From Podarcis filfolensis (lineage: Eukaryota), in the NCBI GenBank assembly GCA_964270895.1, contig OZ185436.1: DNA of 64,000 nucleotides. One strand, given 5' to 3'. The translations under genes were made by a program, and so were the position numbers. The notes beneath the pieces are model-generated. The model worked only from the letters and a program-made list of their open reading frames with translations, ran no database searches and was not told where the DNA came from. Shown here in pieces: positions 12,251-23,335 of the stretch (position 1 is its first letter; each line of letters begins with the position of its first letter).

Positions 12251-13567
12251 TTCCTCATATGGAGAATGGATGTCAATAAAATAGGAGGGTGTGTTTCTTA
12301 ATGAAAACTTGAAAGCTAAACAATGAACTTTGCATGGTGATATTTATGTGAACTATAAAATTATGCTTCACATTACTGTAGAGCTTTCTGTACATGTTTC
12401 CAATGAGTTAAAAGTGTGAAGAAGTAAAGGCTGCATAAATTTCAATGGAGTCATGCATTTTAAGCACAAATGATGGGGTGAAAAAAGCTACAAGTGAAGG
12501 ATGAAAAGTAGATGTAGGGCTATAATCGTCTCCTTCATACCTTTCCCCTCCAGCCCCTCTATCACCCACCACCACCAAATCTAGGTATTTCAGCACACTG
12601 TAAAATCTGTCTAGTAACAAGAGCACAACACAATGAGGTTTGCAGCAGCAGCCGCAGCCAATTCATGTGTGAAAGTGTGGGGAGTTGCTACAATGACAGA
12701 AGATCGAGCACTGATGGGAAACACAGATGCAAGAGTAAAAAAGAAAAGTGTATGGCACCTCCAAGAAAAGCAAGGAAATGAATTCTACTACTTATAGCTC
12801 CTCCTTGCTATCCCCAAAAGAACAGCCTTGACCAAATATATGCACAAAAGCTACATAACTTGCAGACTCAAATGGATGTTGTCAAAATATGAATAATAGG
12901 AGGTTCGTGACATTGGTCTCTTTGCTGGCACAGGTGTGTAATGGCTGTGATAATTGGCCAAGAGGACAGCCAACAACTGGCCACCTCCTTAAATAGTCTA
13001 GGGGCAGACTGGTCACAGCCCTCAAGCTCCTTCCTCTGATTGGCTGAGCGGGCGCTGCCTGCTCTCACCTGAGGGCCCGACATGGCTGGAGGTGGGCAAT
13101 GTCAGCCATCACCTCCCCCAGCCCCCCAGCCACACTGGAAGATTGCCACCCTGGGCCCACCACAGTCCTGGCATATGGCACCAGCTGCCCACCTGGAATC
13201 CCAGGTGAGCGGATATTCTGTTTCGGCATCTTCTGCTTCATATTCCCAAAGAATGATGGAGTCAAAGTAACATATTCATCTAAGAAATCTGATCACTTAA
13301 TTTATCTTACTGTGTAGTCTTGTGTGGTTCATTCCACATGCTTTGGATTGGCAATAATATTCTGATAAGAGCTCCTGTGCCATTGATAGCTGCATCACAA
13401 TCAGTTTTGAAGGAAAGCTTCTGAACGTGCAGGATTGAGGAAAGATTCACCTGCTAAATTTCTGCTTATCATTAAGTTATTAAAATCATAGTGGCCCTGC
13501 TCAGTCAGGGGTGCTTCCAGACCCTCTCTATTTTGCAGAAGGGATTAATGTGCACACTGAAAAATAG

Positions 13568-13738
13568 TCAAAACAAAAAAAAAAAATTTCTTTCCAGTAG
13601 CACCTTAAAGACCAACTAAGTTAGTTCTTGGTATGAGCTTTCGTGTGCATGCACACTTCGTCAGATACAGGTGCTACTGGAAAGAAAAATTTTTTTTTTG
13701 TTTTGACTATGGCAGACCAACACGGCTACCTATCTGTA
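13568..13738 (-). mobile_element. Miniature Penelope-like (PLE) insertion with an inverted pseudo-LTR arrangement
   Basis: Exact 12-bp TSD ACTGAAAAATAG (13556-13567 and 13739-13750); 42-bp inverted arms (13564-13605 and 13669-13710, one mismatch); internal hammerhead motif. The PLE assignment rests on recalled squamate PLE termini and the known PLE-hammerhead association. Confidence 0.8.
13631..13668 (-). ncRNA. Minimal type I hammerhead ribozyme motif
   Basis: The minus strand reads GUAU-CUGACGA-A-GUGUGCAUGCACAC-GAAA-GC-UC-AUAC. It has the CUGANGA core, palindromic stem II, GAAA, a vestigial palindromic stem III, a UC cleavage site, and stem I GUAU/AUAC. Confidence 0.82.
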
Positions 13739-14064
13739 ACTGAAAAATAGGTTTGTGCAATTGTGGGTTAAAGCTCTCTGTCATTTTAGCACAACAAATC
13801 CCCTTAAAAAAACAAACAAACCAGACTTGCAGTTAGGAAAGTGAATCAGAGCAGATGCTTAATGAAGACTGGATGTAGTCTAACCACTGTGTAAGAAAAT
13901 CAGGATGAATGCTCAGTAAACAAATTGTCAAGAGGAGCACCTGTTCACTCTGGAGTACTGTTGTACCCTGCAACTCTCGTACTGCCATAGGTGCCATCTG
14001 CACTATGTAATGTATGCATCATCAAATAAATATCTGGCAGAAGACAAGGCACACTAAATGTCCA

Positions 14065-14350
14065 AAGCAATATTATACCACTTTAAATAGTCATGGTTTC
14101 CCCCAAAGAATCCTGTAATTTGTTAAGAGTGCTGAGATTTGTTAAAAGACACCCTTCCCCTCCCAGTGCTACAGAGGGATTGAACAATCAATCCCTCTTC
14201 ACATGAACTCTGGGAATTGTAGCTCAGTGAGGAGAATAGGAATCTCCAAACTACTCTCAGCGCTCTTAACAAACTACAGTTCTCAAGATTCTTTGGAAAA
14301 AGCCATGACTGGTAGGATACTGCTTTAAACGTTTGGTGCAGATGAGGTCA
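14065..14350. mobile_element. Palindromic MITE (Harbinger-like, tentative)
   Basis: Long inverted symmetry: AAAGCA..GTCATGG..CCAAAGAATC..TTGTTAAGAGTGCTGAG versus CTCAGCGCTCTTAACAA..GATTCTTTGG..CCATGAC..TGCTTT. Confidence 0.65.
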
Positions 14351-15667
14351 TGGTCACATTTCAGTATAGGAAAGCTGTTTGAATGGCCTTTTAGCAGCAG
14401 CTGGTGGTCTGTCTCTGGCAAGCAAAATACAAAAGAACTAGTCACTGACCAAAAAGGAATGTTGTCTCTCCTAGTCCTTATACAGTCTCACATTTTCCTG
14501 GAGCCTTTTGACGAATGGTGGGTTATGGTTGATAATAATAGTACTGTAACAACAACAACAACAACAATAATACCAGCTCAAGGTTTCACCTGCTGTGGAC
14601 ATCTTTAAAAACAGATTTGCCAAGGTGTACAAGGGGTTGCAAGGTGGTGAGCATTTAAAAAATAAGAAAATTAAGAAAGGCATAGTCTGGATTGAGACAA
14701 GTCATTAAGGATTATAAATAGCTCCTAAAGGGTTGAGAGATATGGGCCTGAACCACATTAATATCATTTAAAACCTCCCAACAAAACTTTGCTCTAATAT
14801 TGGCATTTTATTTATTCATGCATTTCACCTTCTCCGTGTGTGCCTGCTATTTCAGAGAAGTCTCATCATGTCCTCCCACTGACACACACTATTAGCCGGG
14901 AACAAAAAGCTTGGTTTCAAATTTAGTCTCCAGCACAATGAAACCTTGAAATGCCAGAACTGAAAGCACTGTGAGAGCCTACAACAAAGGCTTCATTCAG
15001 TACCGAGGGAAAGAAATGCACCAAGTGAGGTTGGTTTAAATTTAGATACGACCCGGAAACAGGAAAAGAGGGAGTGTGAGTAGCCCCGCTTCCTTTTCTC
15101 ATTCTTCCAGTGTAACATCCAAATACGAAACTCTTGCAGATCTCCCATGAAGAGAAGTGTCTGCTTAGCAAACAGCAGCAGCTCAAGGTCTACCTGCAGG
15201 CAAATTCTTACTTTTGCCATTACAGAGGAGATGCAAAGAAGCAGCAGGTGCCATTCATGCTTCCTTGACTTTGGCCTTGGAGTAGTATCCAAAGTTGCCC
15301 ATATAGAATCACAGTAGAGTTGGATGGAACCCCAAGGGTCATCTAGTCCTATCCCACATTCCCACAAGTATTCCACGTTCACATCTTTAACTGAATTGCA
15401 AACCTAGGCAGTGAGTTCATACTAGGGACAAGCTTCCTATGGTCCTGGGATTCGTCCTTAATATATTGCTATGAGTTTGTGAGACACCCTCAATTCCTGG
15501 GTCCAATAAAAGTTAGAATTAATCAGGGTTGGGGGAGCTGAACTGTGCCAAACAGTGAACCTCCAGATTAAGTTTATGTTAACGAACCAGGGCAGCCTGT
15601 TGATTGTTAGCTGAGTGTGGGTTGTTAGTTGGACAAAGGCTGGTGATGACCTATCAAGAAAGTCACC

Positions 15668-16346
15668 TCTTCTTCTTCTTTGGCAATCACTCGTAGCCAA
15701 GTAAGATTGTCTTCCATACACAGTTTTAACAATGAGTCCGTAAGTGACTGTGGAGGCCAATTCTGGATCCACATGTCCTTCCACAGTGGGGACATTGGTT
15801 TCCAGGTGGGAGTTGATCATGGTGAGGGTTTGCCAAGCATGCCTTCCTCTTAGCATGTTTCTCCCTTGCGTCCTGAGTCCAAGTGTCTTCAAAGCCCATG
15901 ACACCTTTGGTAAAGGCTGTTCTCCAACTGGAGTGCTCGCAGGCAAGTATAAACACCCAATTGTTGGTGTTTATACAGTATTTTTAAAAATTTGCCTTGA
16001 GACAGTCTTTAAGCCTCTTTTGTTGACCACCAGCATTTCGCTTTCCATTTTTAAGTTTGGAATAGAGTAGTTGCTTTGGAAGACGATAATCAGGCATCTG
16101 CACAACATGACCAGTCCAACAATGTTGATGTTGAAGTTATTGTCTGTGCTAAAGATCGCCACGATATGCTCCTCACCAGAGCTATGACGAGTGCCGACGA
16201 CTGCTGGACAGATCACTGACTAATATGCTCCATGATGGCTATCAAGATTATACCTCAATACTCAAGCCCTTCAAGATCCCATTAAGTGGGATTGCTTCCA
16301 AACGATTCTTAAGGTCCATCTGCTTTCAGAATTCCCTGATAACATC
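15668..16346 (-). mobile_element. RTE-clade LINE insertion: 3' end on the minus strand (15668-16135) plus an inverted endonuclease-region fragment on the plus strand (16136-16346)
   Basis: Minus strand encodes WTGHVVQMPDYRLPKQLLYSKLK..CPHCGRTCGSRIGLHSHLRTHC* and ends in a (GAA)n tail. Plus strand encodes VIVCAKDRHDMLLTRAMTSADDCWTDH*LI..QALQDP. TSD GAAAGTCACC at 15658-15667 and 16347-16356. Confidence 0.85.
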
Positions 16347-17554
16347 GAAAGTCACCAGGAGGGTGAAGACAGTAGAAATGCAGCAAGGAGTAGAATCATA
16401 GTAGTCTAGAGGTTTCTAGACAAGACTGACCCTACCTGGCAGCAAAGACTGATTTGCGCAATTTAGAGTTATATGTAGATGAAAGCCTGAGCTGATGTCT
16501 GAGTAGTACTGTGAGACTAATTTAAGGTGTTGGCTCTAGCCACTTGAGCTTTGCTTCAGCAAAAAAAAAAAAAAAAAGGTTTGGATTGGCACTATTTCCT
16601 GAGCTATTTTATTTTATTTATACAAATTAGATTCCACTTAACATAAGCAACCTTTAAACAGTTCTAGCAGGACTGGGGGACTGAGTTCAGAAGGACAAGA
16701 AGAGGAAACCTCCTAAATCACTGTTTTTCCCCAAATGCTGGCTGTTTGGATGCAGAAGGTGTGATCCCCATCACTCTCCTCATGTTATTAATGTGATTTC
16801 ACTTGCACAACCCAGCAGCACTTCATTCAAACTTTAAAATTGAAACACTCCACCTACAAACACATAAGCCAAGCCTGCACTTAAAGGGAGGCAGTATTGG
16901 CAGGAAGGGGAGAAAATGTGTCTGGTAGTAAATTTAGTGATTTCAGCAGTTGCTAATTGCCAGGAGGTGGCCACATCTGCTATACTTGCCACTTCCTGAA
17001 AATGAACTGAATTGTTAATCAGAAAGACACCTGCTAGGACTGATAAAGTTGCAGGGCCAGCATCTGCTTCTGTCTCAGCCTTCCGCATCATGCCCGGAAC
17101 TGCTTTCCAACATTTAAAAAATAATATTTTAATCTTTAAATATGATGAGGTCAAAACCAAAGGAAAGGTGGGGTGTCTCCCTAGCTGTCATTTATACTTC
17201 TTCCCAAGCCTGCTATTTTATTTTATTTTATTACACAGTCCTGGACAGATATCCACTAAATATACACATAATAGCCATGTTGGTGTGCAACCACATGACT
17301 TTGTGTCAAGGCTCAACCATCGGCAGCTGTCAAGGTGGAGTCATGCCAAAGGTCAGATCCATAGGTTTCAGCCAACCAAGGATCCAAACCAGGAGTCAAA
17401 CCAACCAGGAAATAGTTGTTGCCCAGGCAAAGTCCCAGCATGCACAGGAAGCCAGCCAAGGAGCATTCCAGAAGCTGGAAGCACTTTGTCCAGGGAGTTA
17501 CTACAAGCTGCAGTCCTGTGGCTTACAACACTGGGCTGGGGAAGAAAGGAAGTA

Positions 17555-18715
17555 CCGTATTTTTCGCCCTATAGGACTCACTTTTTCCCCTTCAAAAATG
17601 AAGGGGAAATGTGTTAGCAAAAATGTATAAGATAAGTAACAAATGTTGGAAATGTAAAGAAAAGGAAGGCACTTTCTTTCATATGTGGTGGGAGTGTAAG
17701 AAGGTAAAATGCTTCTGGGAAATGATTTATAATGAATTGAAGAAAATGTTGAAATATACATTTACTAAGAAACCAGAAGCGTTTTTACTTGGTATTACAG
17801 TGAATGAGATAAACAAGAAAGAGAAGAAGTTATTTTTATATGCAGTGACTGCAGCAAGAATATTGATGGCCCAGAAATGGAAACAAGAGGAGCTGCCTAC
17901 GATAGAAGATTGGAGAGCCAAAATGATGGACTAGGCGGAATTGGACAGAATGACAGGAAGGATTCGGAATCAACGAGATCAAAGATTTACAGAAGATTGG
18001 GAGAAGTTTATTCAATATTTGCAAAAACTAAGTGATAACCAGATTACGTTTGTAAGCTTTAAGGAAGCTCTGTGATGTGAAAATCTAAAAATAAGTATAA
18101 ATAATGAATTGAAGATACCAGAATAAATAACAATAAGTAGGATTGTGTTAAAAGTTATAAAATGAAGGAAGTTCAGACAAATTGAGGGAAGTCAAAAGAA
18201 TGGAATTAAGAGGTAATTAAGAAGTTCGAATGTACAACTTTGTTTTCTTTTTTTGTATTTGTAAACCAATAAAATATAAATTTTTTTAAAAAAATGAAGG
18301 GGAAATGTGTGTGCGTCCTATGGGGCGAATGCAGGCTTTCGCTGAAGCCTGGAGAGCGAGAGGCGTCGGTGCGCACCGACCCCTCTTGCTCTCCAGGCTT
18401 CAGGAAGCTATCCGCAAGCCTTGCGAGCCCGGTGGGAGTTCCCTCGGGCTCACAAGGCTTGCGGGCGGCAGCCTGCAGCCCGGAGCATGGGGCGCCCTCC
18501 AGAGGACGCCCTGTGCTTCGCGCAGATGTCCGCAAGCCTTACGCGCCCGGCTTGCGGGCAACAGCCTGTTCTGGGGCCTGGGGTCGGGGGAAGCTTGGGC
18601 TACCCCCCGCCCCCCGCCCCCAGCCCCGCAAGCAAGCTCCAGGAGCGATGGCAAGGTTGCACAACCTCGCCATCGTTCCCGGACCCGTTCTTAAAACGCA
18701 CCGGGGGCGGGGATT
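17555..18715 (+). mobile_element. Tc1/mariner-like non-autonomous element with only the left end visible, interrupted by an L1 fragment
   Basis: TA|CCGTATTTTTCGCCCTATAGGAC terminus; sequence is continuous across the L1 TSD into a GC-rich interior; no right TIR seen. Confidence 0.55.
17615..18289 (+). mobile_element. 5'-truncated L1-clade LINE 3' end (CCHC region plus 3' UTR) with a premature stop
   Basis: KCWKCKEKEGTFFHMWWEC..KKPEAFLLG is homologous to the 27.7-kb ORF; TAG at 17932-17934 falls where that ORF has Tyr; AATAAA near 18268; 21-bp TSD AAAAATGAAGGGGAAATGTGT (17594-17614 and 18290-18310). Confidence 0.92.
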
Positions 18716-18774
18716 AAATTCATCATGTTACATTTTGAACAATTGTTCTTCCTTAGGGGCATTGGTTTAGTAGG

Positions 18775-19330
18775 CTCAGTGGAAACCTAGTGGAAGGGGA
18801 ACAAACCAGTGTGTCATGGTTATCTCTGTGTACCAGCTCTGTAGAAATGACAAGGAACAGTGTCCAGGAGGTGTTGTTGCTCTGTACACCAAGTAGGGCA
18901 CTGAGTCCAACAAGCTAGAAATCCCTAAAGGGGCAAGCACCTCCACAGAACTGTGGATGGAGATACCAGAACCCAGGAGTAGTTTTGTACTTTGGGGACG
19001 TGCCATTGTCCCCTAGACTAAAATGCTCAGGGAAAAATTGAGATGGAGAATGAGATTAAGGAAGCATCCAAATGCTGTGGTAACAGGTGTCTTCAGCTAC
19101 CCTCACATGGACTGGGTTCATGTGTCATGGTGAAGAGGTAACATTTCTAGATACCCTAACTTGCAGTGTCCTGCAAAAGTTGGTCTTGGAACCAATTGGG
19201 GGGGGGGACAACCTTGGCTTAGTCTTGATAGAGGTGTTTTGCCCCACTGAATTTTTAAATCTCCTAATGATCTTATTTTGATATACTGATGTATATTGGT
19301 CCAATAGCAGTTGGGAAAATAGAATCCAAC
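18775..19330 (+). pseudogene. Decayed CR1 ORF2 endonuclease-domain fragment
   Basis: Frame-shifted translation GGVVALY..KLEIPKG..STELWMEIPEPRS..GVFSYPHMDW..FLDTL..LVLEPIGGGDNLGLVL resembles CR1 EN motifs (GDFNYPDIDW; EPTRGEAILDLVL). Confidence 0.7.
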
Positions 19331-20702
19331 AGTATAAAATGTTTATCCCCTGACTTGTTTGATTGTCACAGCAGAGCCCAGTATCACTGGAAATTGCTTT
19401 CTTTGCATTTTGAAAGGAAAATAAATTTCTGAAGGTATTAAACCTATTTGGGGAAGTAGAACCCAATTACCCACTACCTCCCTGGAATAAATTGAGATCC
19501 AAGCTATTCTTAAACATGTTCCATTCATTTAGCCACTTTGTGGGTTAATAGTTCCTTAATGGCTCTCTTTTCCAACATGAGACTATGAGCGGGTAGTTCC
19601 CCTTCTGAATTCATCTTATTTCATTTGCTCACCACTGTCATCAGTCATCATTTGATCCATGCTGCGATAGGTGTCACTTGGGTTTTCCATTTTTTTAAAA
19701 AAAAGATCCTGTTATTAATATGGACCCAGTGCTCCTTCTTAGAAGTCAGGATTGTAGACATGGAATGTGTCAGGATGGATTTCTCTGAGAATTTTGTTCC
19801 ACAAAAAAGGTAACTTTGGTGTCCACAGTTAAAGCACATATCAATAGCTCCAGTTGTACTATTTTGATATGAATCTGTTTCGTGGCAGTGCTCTTGTTCC
19901 TACTGCTAAGAGATATTCTGCAAATCTTCTAGCTTAGGGTATTTCCATACTGGCTGCTTACTCTGGAATAACCACTGGTGGTATCCAACTAACTCATTGT
20001 TCCCTCATAAGGATTTCCCCTTGCACAATAGAACTTACCTCCATCTCCCTTCCCCACACCCACTAATTATGTTCTGGATTTTCCTCGAACCCTTCAGAAC
20101 AGATTTGGAGAAGCCAGTGCTTTTCTTTTTTTAAATTGTTTGATAATGCTCCATACTTCGTTCACTCACTTTTTATCAAACTTCTGCATATCCTAATTAC
20201 TACTCTCCTATGGTTTTCTTGTGGTTTTCCTGTTTCTTTCCAGACTTTCAGAAATCTAATTTTGGGAGAAGGAATGGCTAGTCTCCACAGATGTGGATGG
20301 ATAGACCAACATAACTTGGATTTGATCATTTTATAGTGAAGCTTTCCCATTCTCTCCTCCTATTTCACAAATATAGTCTACTATAAGTTGCTGGGTTAAT
20401 TCGTTTACATTATATATTGTGCTACAGCTTTTCCTAACAGCCCAATGGTAAGAGCAAGTTTATTTTATGCACACACACACACACACACACAACACCACCA
20501 CCACCACCTTTTTTTGGATTCAAGATAGCTTACAGATAAAAATAAAAACAGCTAAAAACATAGGGGGAAATCATTTTAAAAACAATTAAATATTCATAGA
20601 ATTAAACTGTATTCTGCTTAATTCTGATTCCCGCTTGTGTTTGAATTACATGATAAATTGTGATGCCTTCAGTTACCAAAGAAAAGGGAACACAAAACAC
20701 AA

Positions 20703-20859
20703 AAAGCCGCCTTATACCATGTCAAACCATTGGTCCTTCTAGCTCAGTATTGTCTACAGCGACTAGCAGTGGCTTCCCAGGGTTTGAGATAGCAGTGTTT
20801 CCTAGCCCTACCGGGAGATGCCAAAAACTCAACCATGCACTGCCACTGAGCTATGGCCC
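20703..20859 (-). mobile_element. Squamate tRNA-derived SINE
   Basis: AAGCCGCCTTATAC..CCATTGGTCC.TCTAGCTCAGTATTGTCTAC..CCACTGAGCTATGGCCC. Confidence 0.75.
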
Positions 20860-20896
20860 TTCCTCTGAGGTACTGTAAGAAAAGTCAATAAAAAAT

Positions 20897-21000
20897 GGGT
20901 GGTGTTCAGAGTGGACCTACTGAACTGAATTGACCTAACTTAGTCATGTTCACTGATTTTGGTGGGTCTACTCTGAGTAACCCTTAGCTGAAGATCGCCC
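20897..21000. mobile_element. Short palindromic MITE
   Basis: CAGAGTGGACCTACTGAA..TGGTGGGTCTACTCTG inverted arms; related fragments near 36490, 37265, 48930 and 61930. Confidence 0.5.
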
Positions 21001-21029
21001 ATTATAATTAATCACAGTGCTGACCATAT

Positions 21030-21112
21030 TTATTATTTATTTATTTATTTACGGCTATTAGCCCATAAAATATGTACAAACATAAAAACACAGGGGCATA
21101 ACCATATGGATA
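21030..21112 (-). mobile_element. 83-bp retroposed 3'-end fragment with an (AAAT)n tail
   Basis: 12-bp TSD TGCTGACCATAT (21018-21029 and 21113-21124) and a (TTTA)n run at the left edge. Confidence 0.65.
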
Positions 21113-22562
21113 TGCTGACCATATGGATCCAGGTGCACTGACCTTTTTTGTCTAGGATGTGAAACAATATTACGAATAGGTGATGCACCATCATGTGATT
21201 CAAAGCTGCTGCTATTTCTCCGATTTGTGAAGTGTGCTAATGCCTTTTGTCTTTATTGGGATAATGGTAAACATTATAGACCATTCTTTGGGTATTTTTT
21301 TCTCTTTTGCTGCATTTTATTGCTGTGAATGAGACATTTCCCTCATTATAGAGGGTTCTGTGGTGTGTGTAAGACAAATAGGCAATGCATGCAGCGCACT
21401 TTCTGGGCCACTTGGGTATGACGTTTTCAACTGGTGGGTTGGGACCCACTACCGTGTCACAGCTTAATCAAAGCTGCACTCCCACTATACAAACATATGA
21501 TCAAAAATTAATAAATGGATCCCCAGATGCATGTTTGGGTTCAAGGTGGTGCTGGATCAGGAGGGGTTAAAGGTTACTGCATTAGAACAAACCCAAAATC
21601 CTCTTGCAGCTTCACACTGAAGGAGGAGCTCTTCTCTGATCAAGAAACCCTTGATATGCTCCTGAGGTACCCCAGGATTTCTCCAAAACCAAATGTGACA
21701 ACCACAATACTGGACTATTCAGAAAGAGGAGTGAGGCTTCTTAAACCATGCTGTGTGTTGTTGTTTTGTTGCAATAGGCAGGAGCAATCTTTTCCAACAT
21801 TTTTTTCCTTCCAGCTCAGTAATATACAAGTGGTTTAACTTTTATTTTGAATTTTAATGTGAAAAGTGATCGTTTACGATTTTCTGAAAGTACACAAAAA
21901 CACGCAAATACACCAAAACAACTATTTTCACTAAAGCTCATCCCCACTTCCATTTGGTCTGTGTTTTATTCAGCTTGCCCCCATGCTTTTTAGTGGGAAA
22001 CAGCAGGTTTTCCCGTGGAAAGTCGCATGATAAAAGAAAAACCTCTCAGACCCCGTGCCTAAAAAGCATAGGGCAAGCAGAAGTGTGGAAGAGCCCTAAG
22101 GATGTATGTACTCACAGATAATCATATAAAATCAGAGTGCCTTATTTGCATAAATATGGGAGCAAAATGTTAGTTGGACTAACAGTTTGAACTGCTGTCC
22201 ATTGTACCATACTTATAAAAGCATACAGAATTTTGTTGGGTGGATTTCTGTGTGTAAATCTAGAGGAGGGTTCAGAGTTCTTTCCTCTGCTTGTGGTTCC
22301 CGCCATTCCTAAAAATGTGTCTGATTCCCTGTGTTATTACTAGTGAGGTCCCTTTGATGTGTTACGTGTTTTGTGCTCCCCCCCCCTCTCCTGTGCATCC
22401 ATCCTCACAGCTCTGCGTGTGGCCTTCTCTATCCTCAGATGGGAGGCAATATCTTTTGTGACACAGTGTGGCTAATGAGCTGTCCTGGGAACTGAAATAC
22501 TGGCTCAGGATTGATGAACTCTGCTGCTTGTTTCCTGCTCTGTCTTAATCACGGTGTTGTAG

Positions 22563-22564
<2 letters not shown>

Positions 22565-22609
<45 letters not shown>
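22565..22609. repeat. (CT)n microsatellite
   Basis: About 22 CT units. Confidence 0.97.
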
Positions 22610-22612
<3 letters not shown>

Positions 22613-23252
22613 TATGTGTTTTAGTAAAAGACTATTCTTGCATGGAGCTGTTCAGTAAGACTGAACAAGAAATCAAAATCAACAAGAGTTTCAAGGAATG
22701 TGTGTGTGAATTAGTAATAGAGGAAGGTAGGGGCTAAGTAACTGTATTGTCACAAGAAGATGCATTGGAGGGCAGCCTTCTGATGCCCTCCAGATGTATT
22801 GGACTAAAATGTCCATCAGATCCGACCACCAACTAAAAGCGAATGCTTCTGAATGCCTTCCAAATATGTAGAATAGGAGATGGAAGGAGCCCAGTAGAGG
22901 CTTTTCTCAGTGGAGAACCTTCCAGACAAACTCCACCCACATAGGCTGGCCATTGGACCCTTCTGAAGAGGAAGGAGTATAATGGACTTCCTGTTTCAAA
23001 TGAACCTTGCTTGAGATGCAAAGTTTACCTGAGCAGTGTGGAGCCCAGGCTGTTCCTGGCTATTGAATCCTAGTGTGTCCTTTGATCCTACCTTGCACAT
23101 CAGCTATAACTTCTGGAGTTTCCCATGGCTCTTGGTTCTCAACTCCAGACTCATCTCAGACTTCTTCTATGGTCCTACCCTGACAGTGCCCATTCTTAAT
23201 GTGTTGTTAGGGTGGAGGAGTGTCTTAACATGGTGCACCTTACATATATATA

Positions 23253-23335
23253 CAGGCGTCCCCCACTTATGTGGGGCTTAAGTTTCTGGACTCGGCGTGT
23301 ATACATGAAATTTCATAAAGTGGGGAGGGTTCTAT
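23253..23335. mobile_element. Possible short Tigger-like MITE
   Basis: TA|CAGGCGTCCCCCACTTATG with a partial inverted match CATAAAGTGGGGAG at about 23315. Confidence 0.3.

Noticed and set aside
12880-13210. Possible exon or promoter (CCAAT box, GC-rich, CAG|GTGAGC donor at about 13205)
   Set aside because: Composition resembles LTR-type repeat debris and the frames are low-complexity and Pro-rich; the evidence supports neither an exon nor an LTR call.
16958-16974. CTCF-like motif GCCAGGAGGTGGCC
   Set aside because: A single imperfect match is expected by chance in 64 kb.
17012-17630. 201-aa and 162-aa plus-strand ORFs
   Set aside because: They cross unrelated segments (unique DNA, a possible LTR-like piece, a MITE end), start at non-ATG or weak codons, and show no homology I can recognise.
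18294-18770. Several overlapping 100-160-aa GC-rich ORFs
   Set aside because: They are expected from stop-poor, palindromic GC-rich TE interior and show no recognisable domain.
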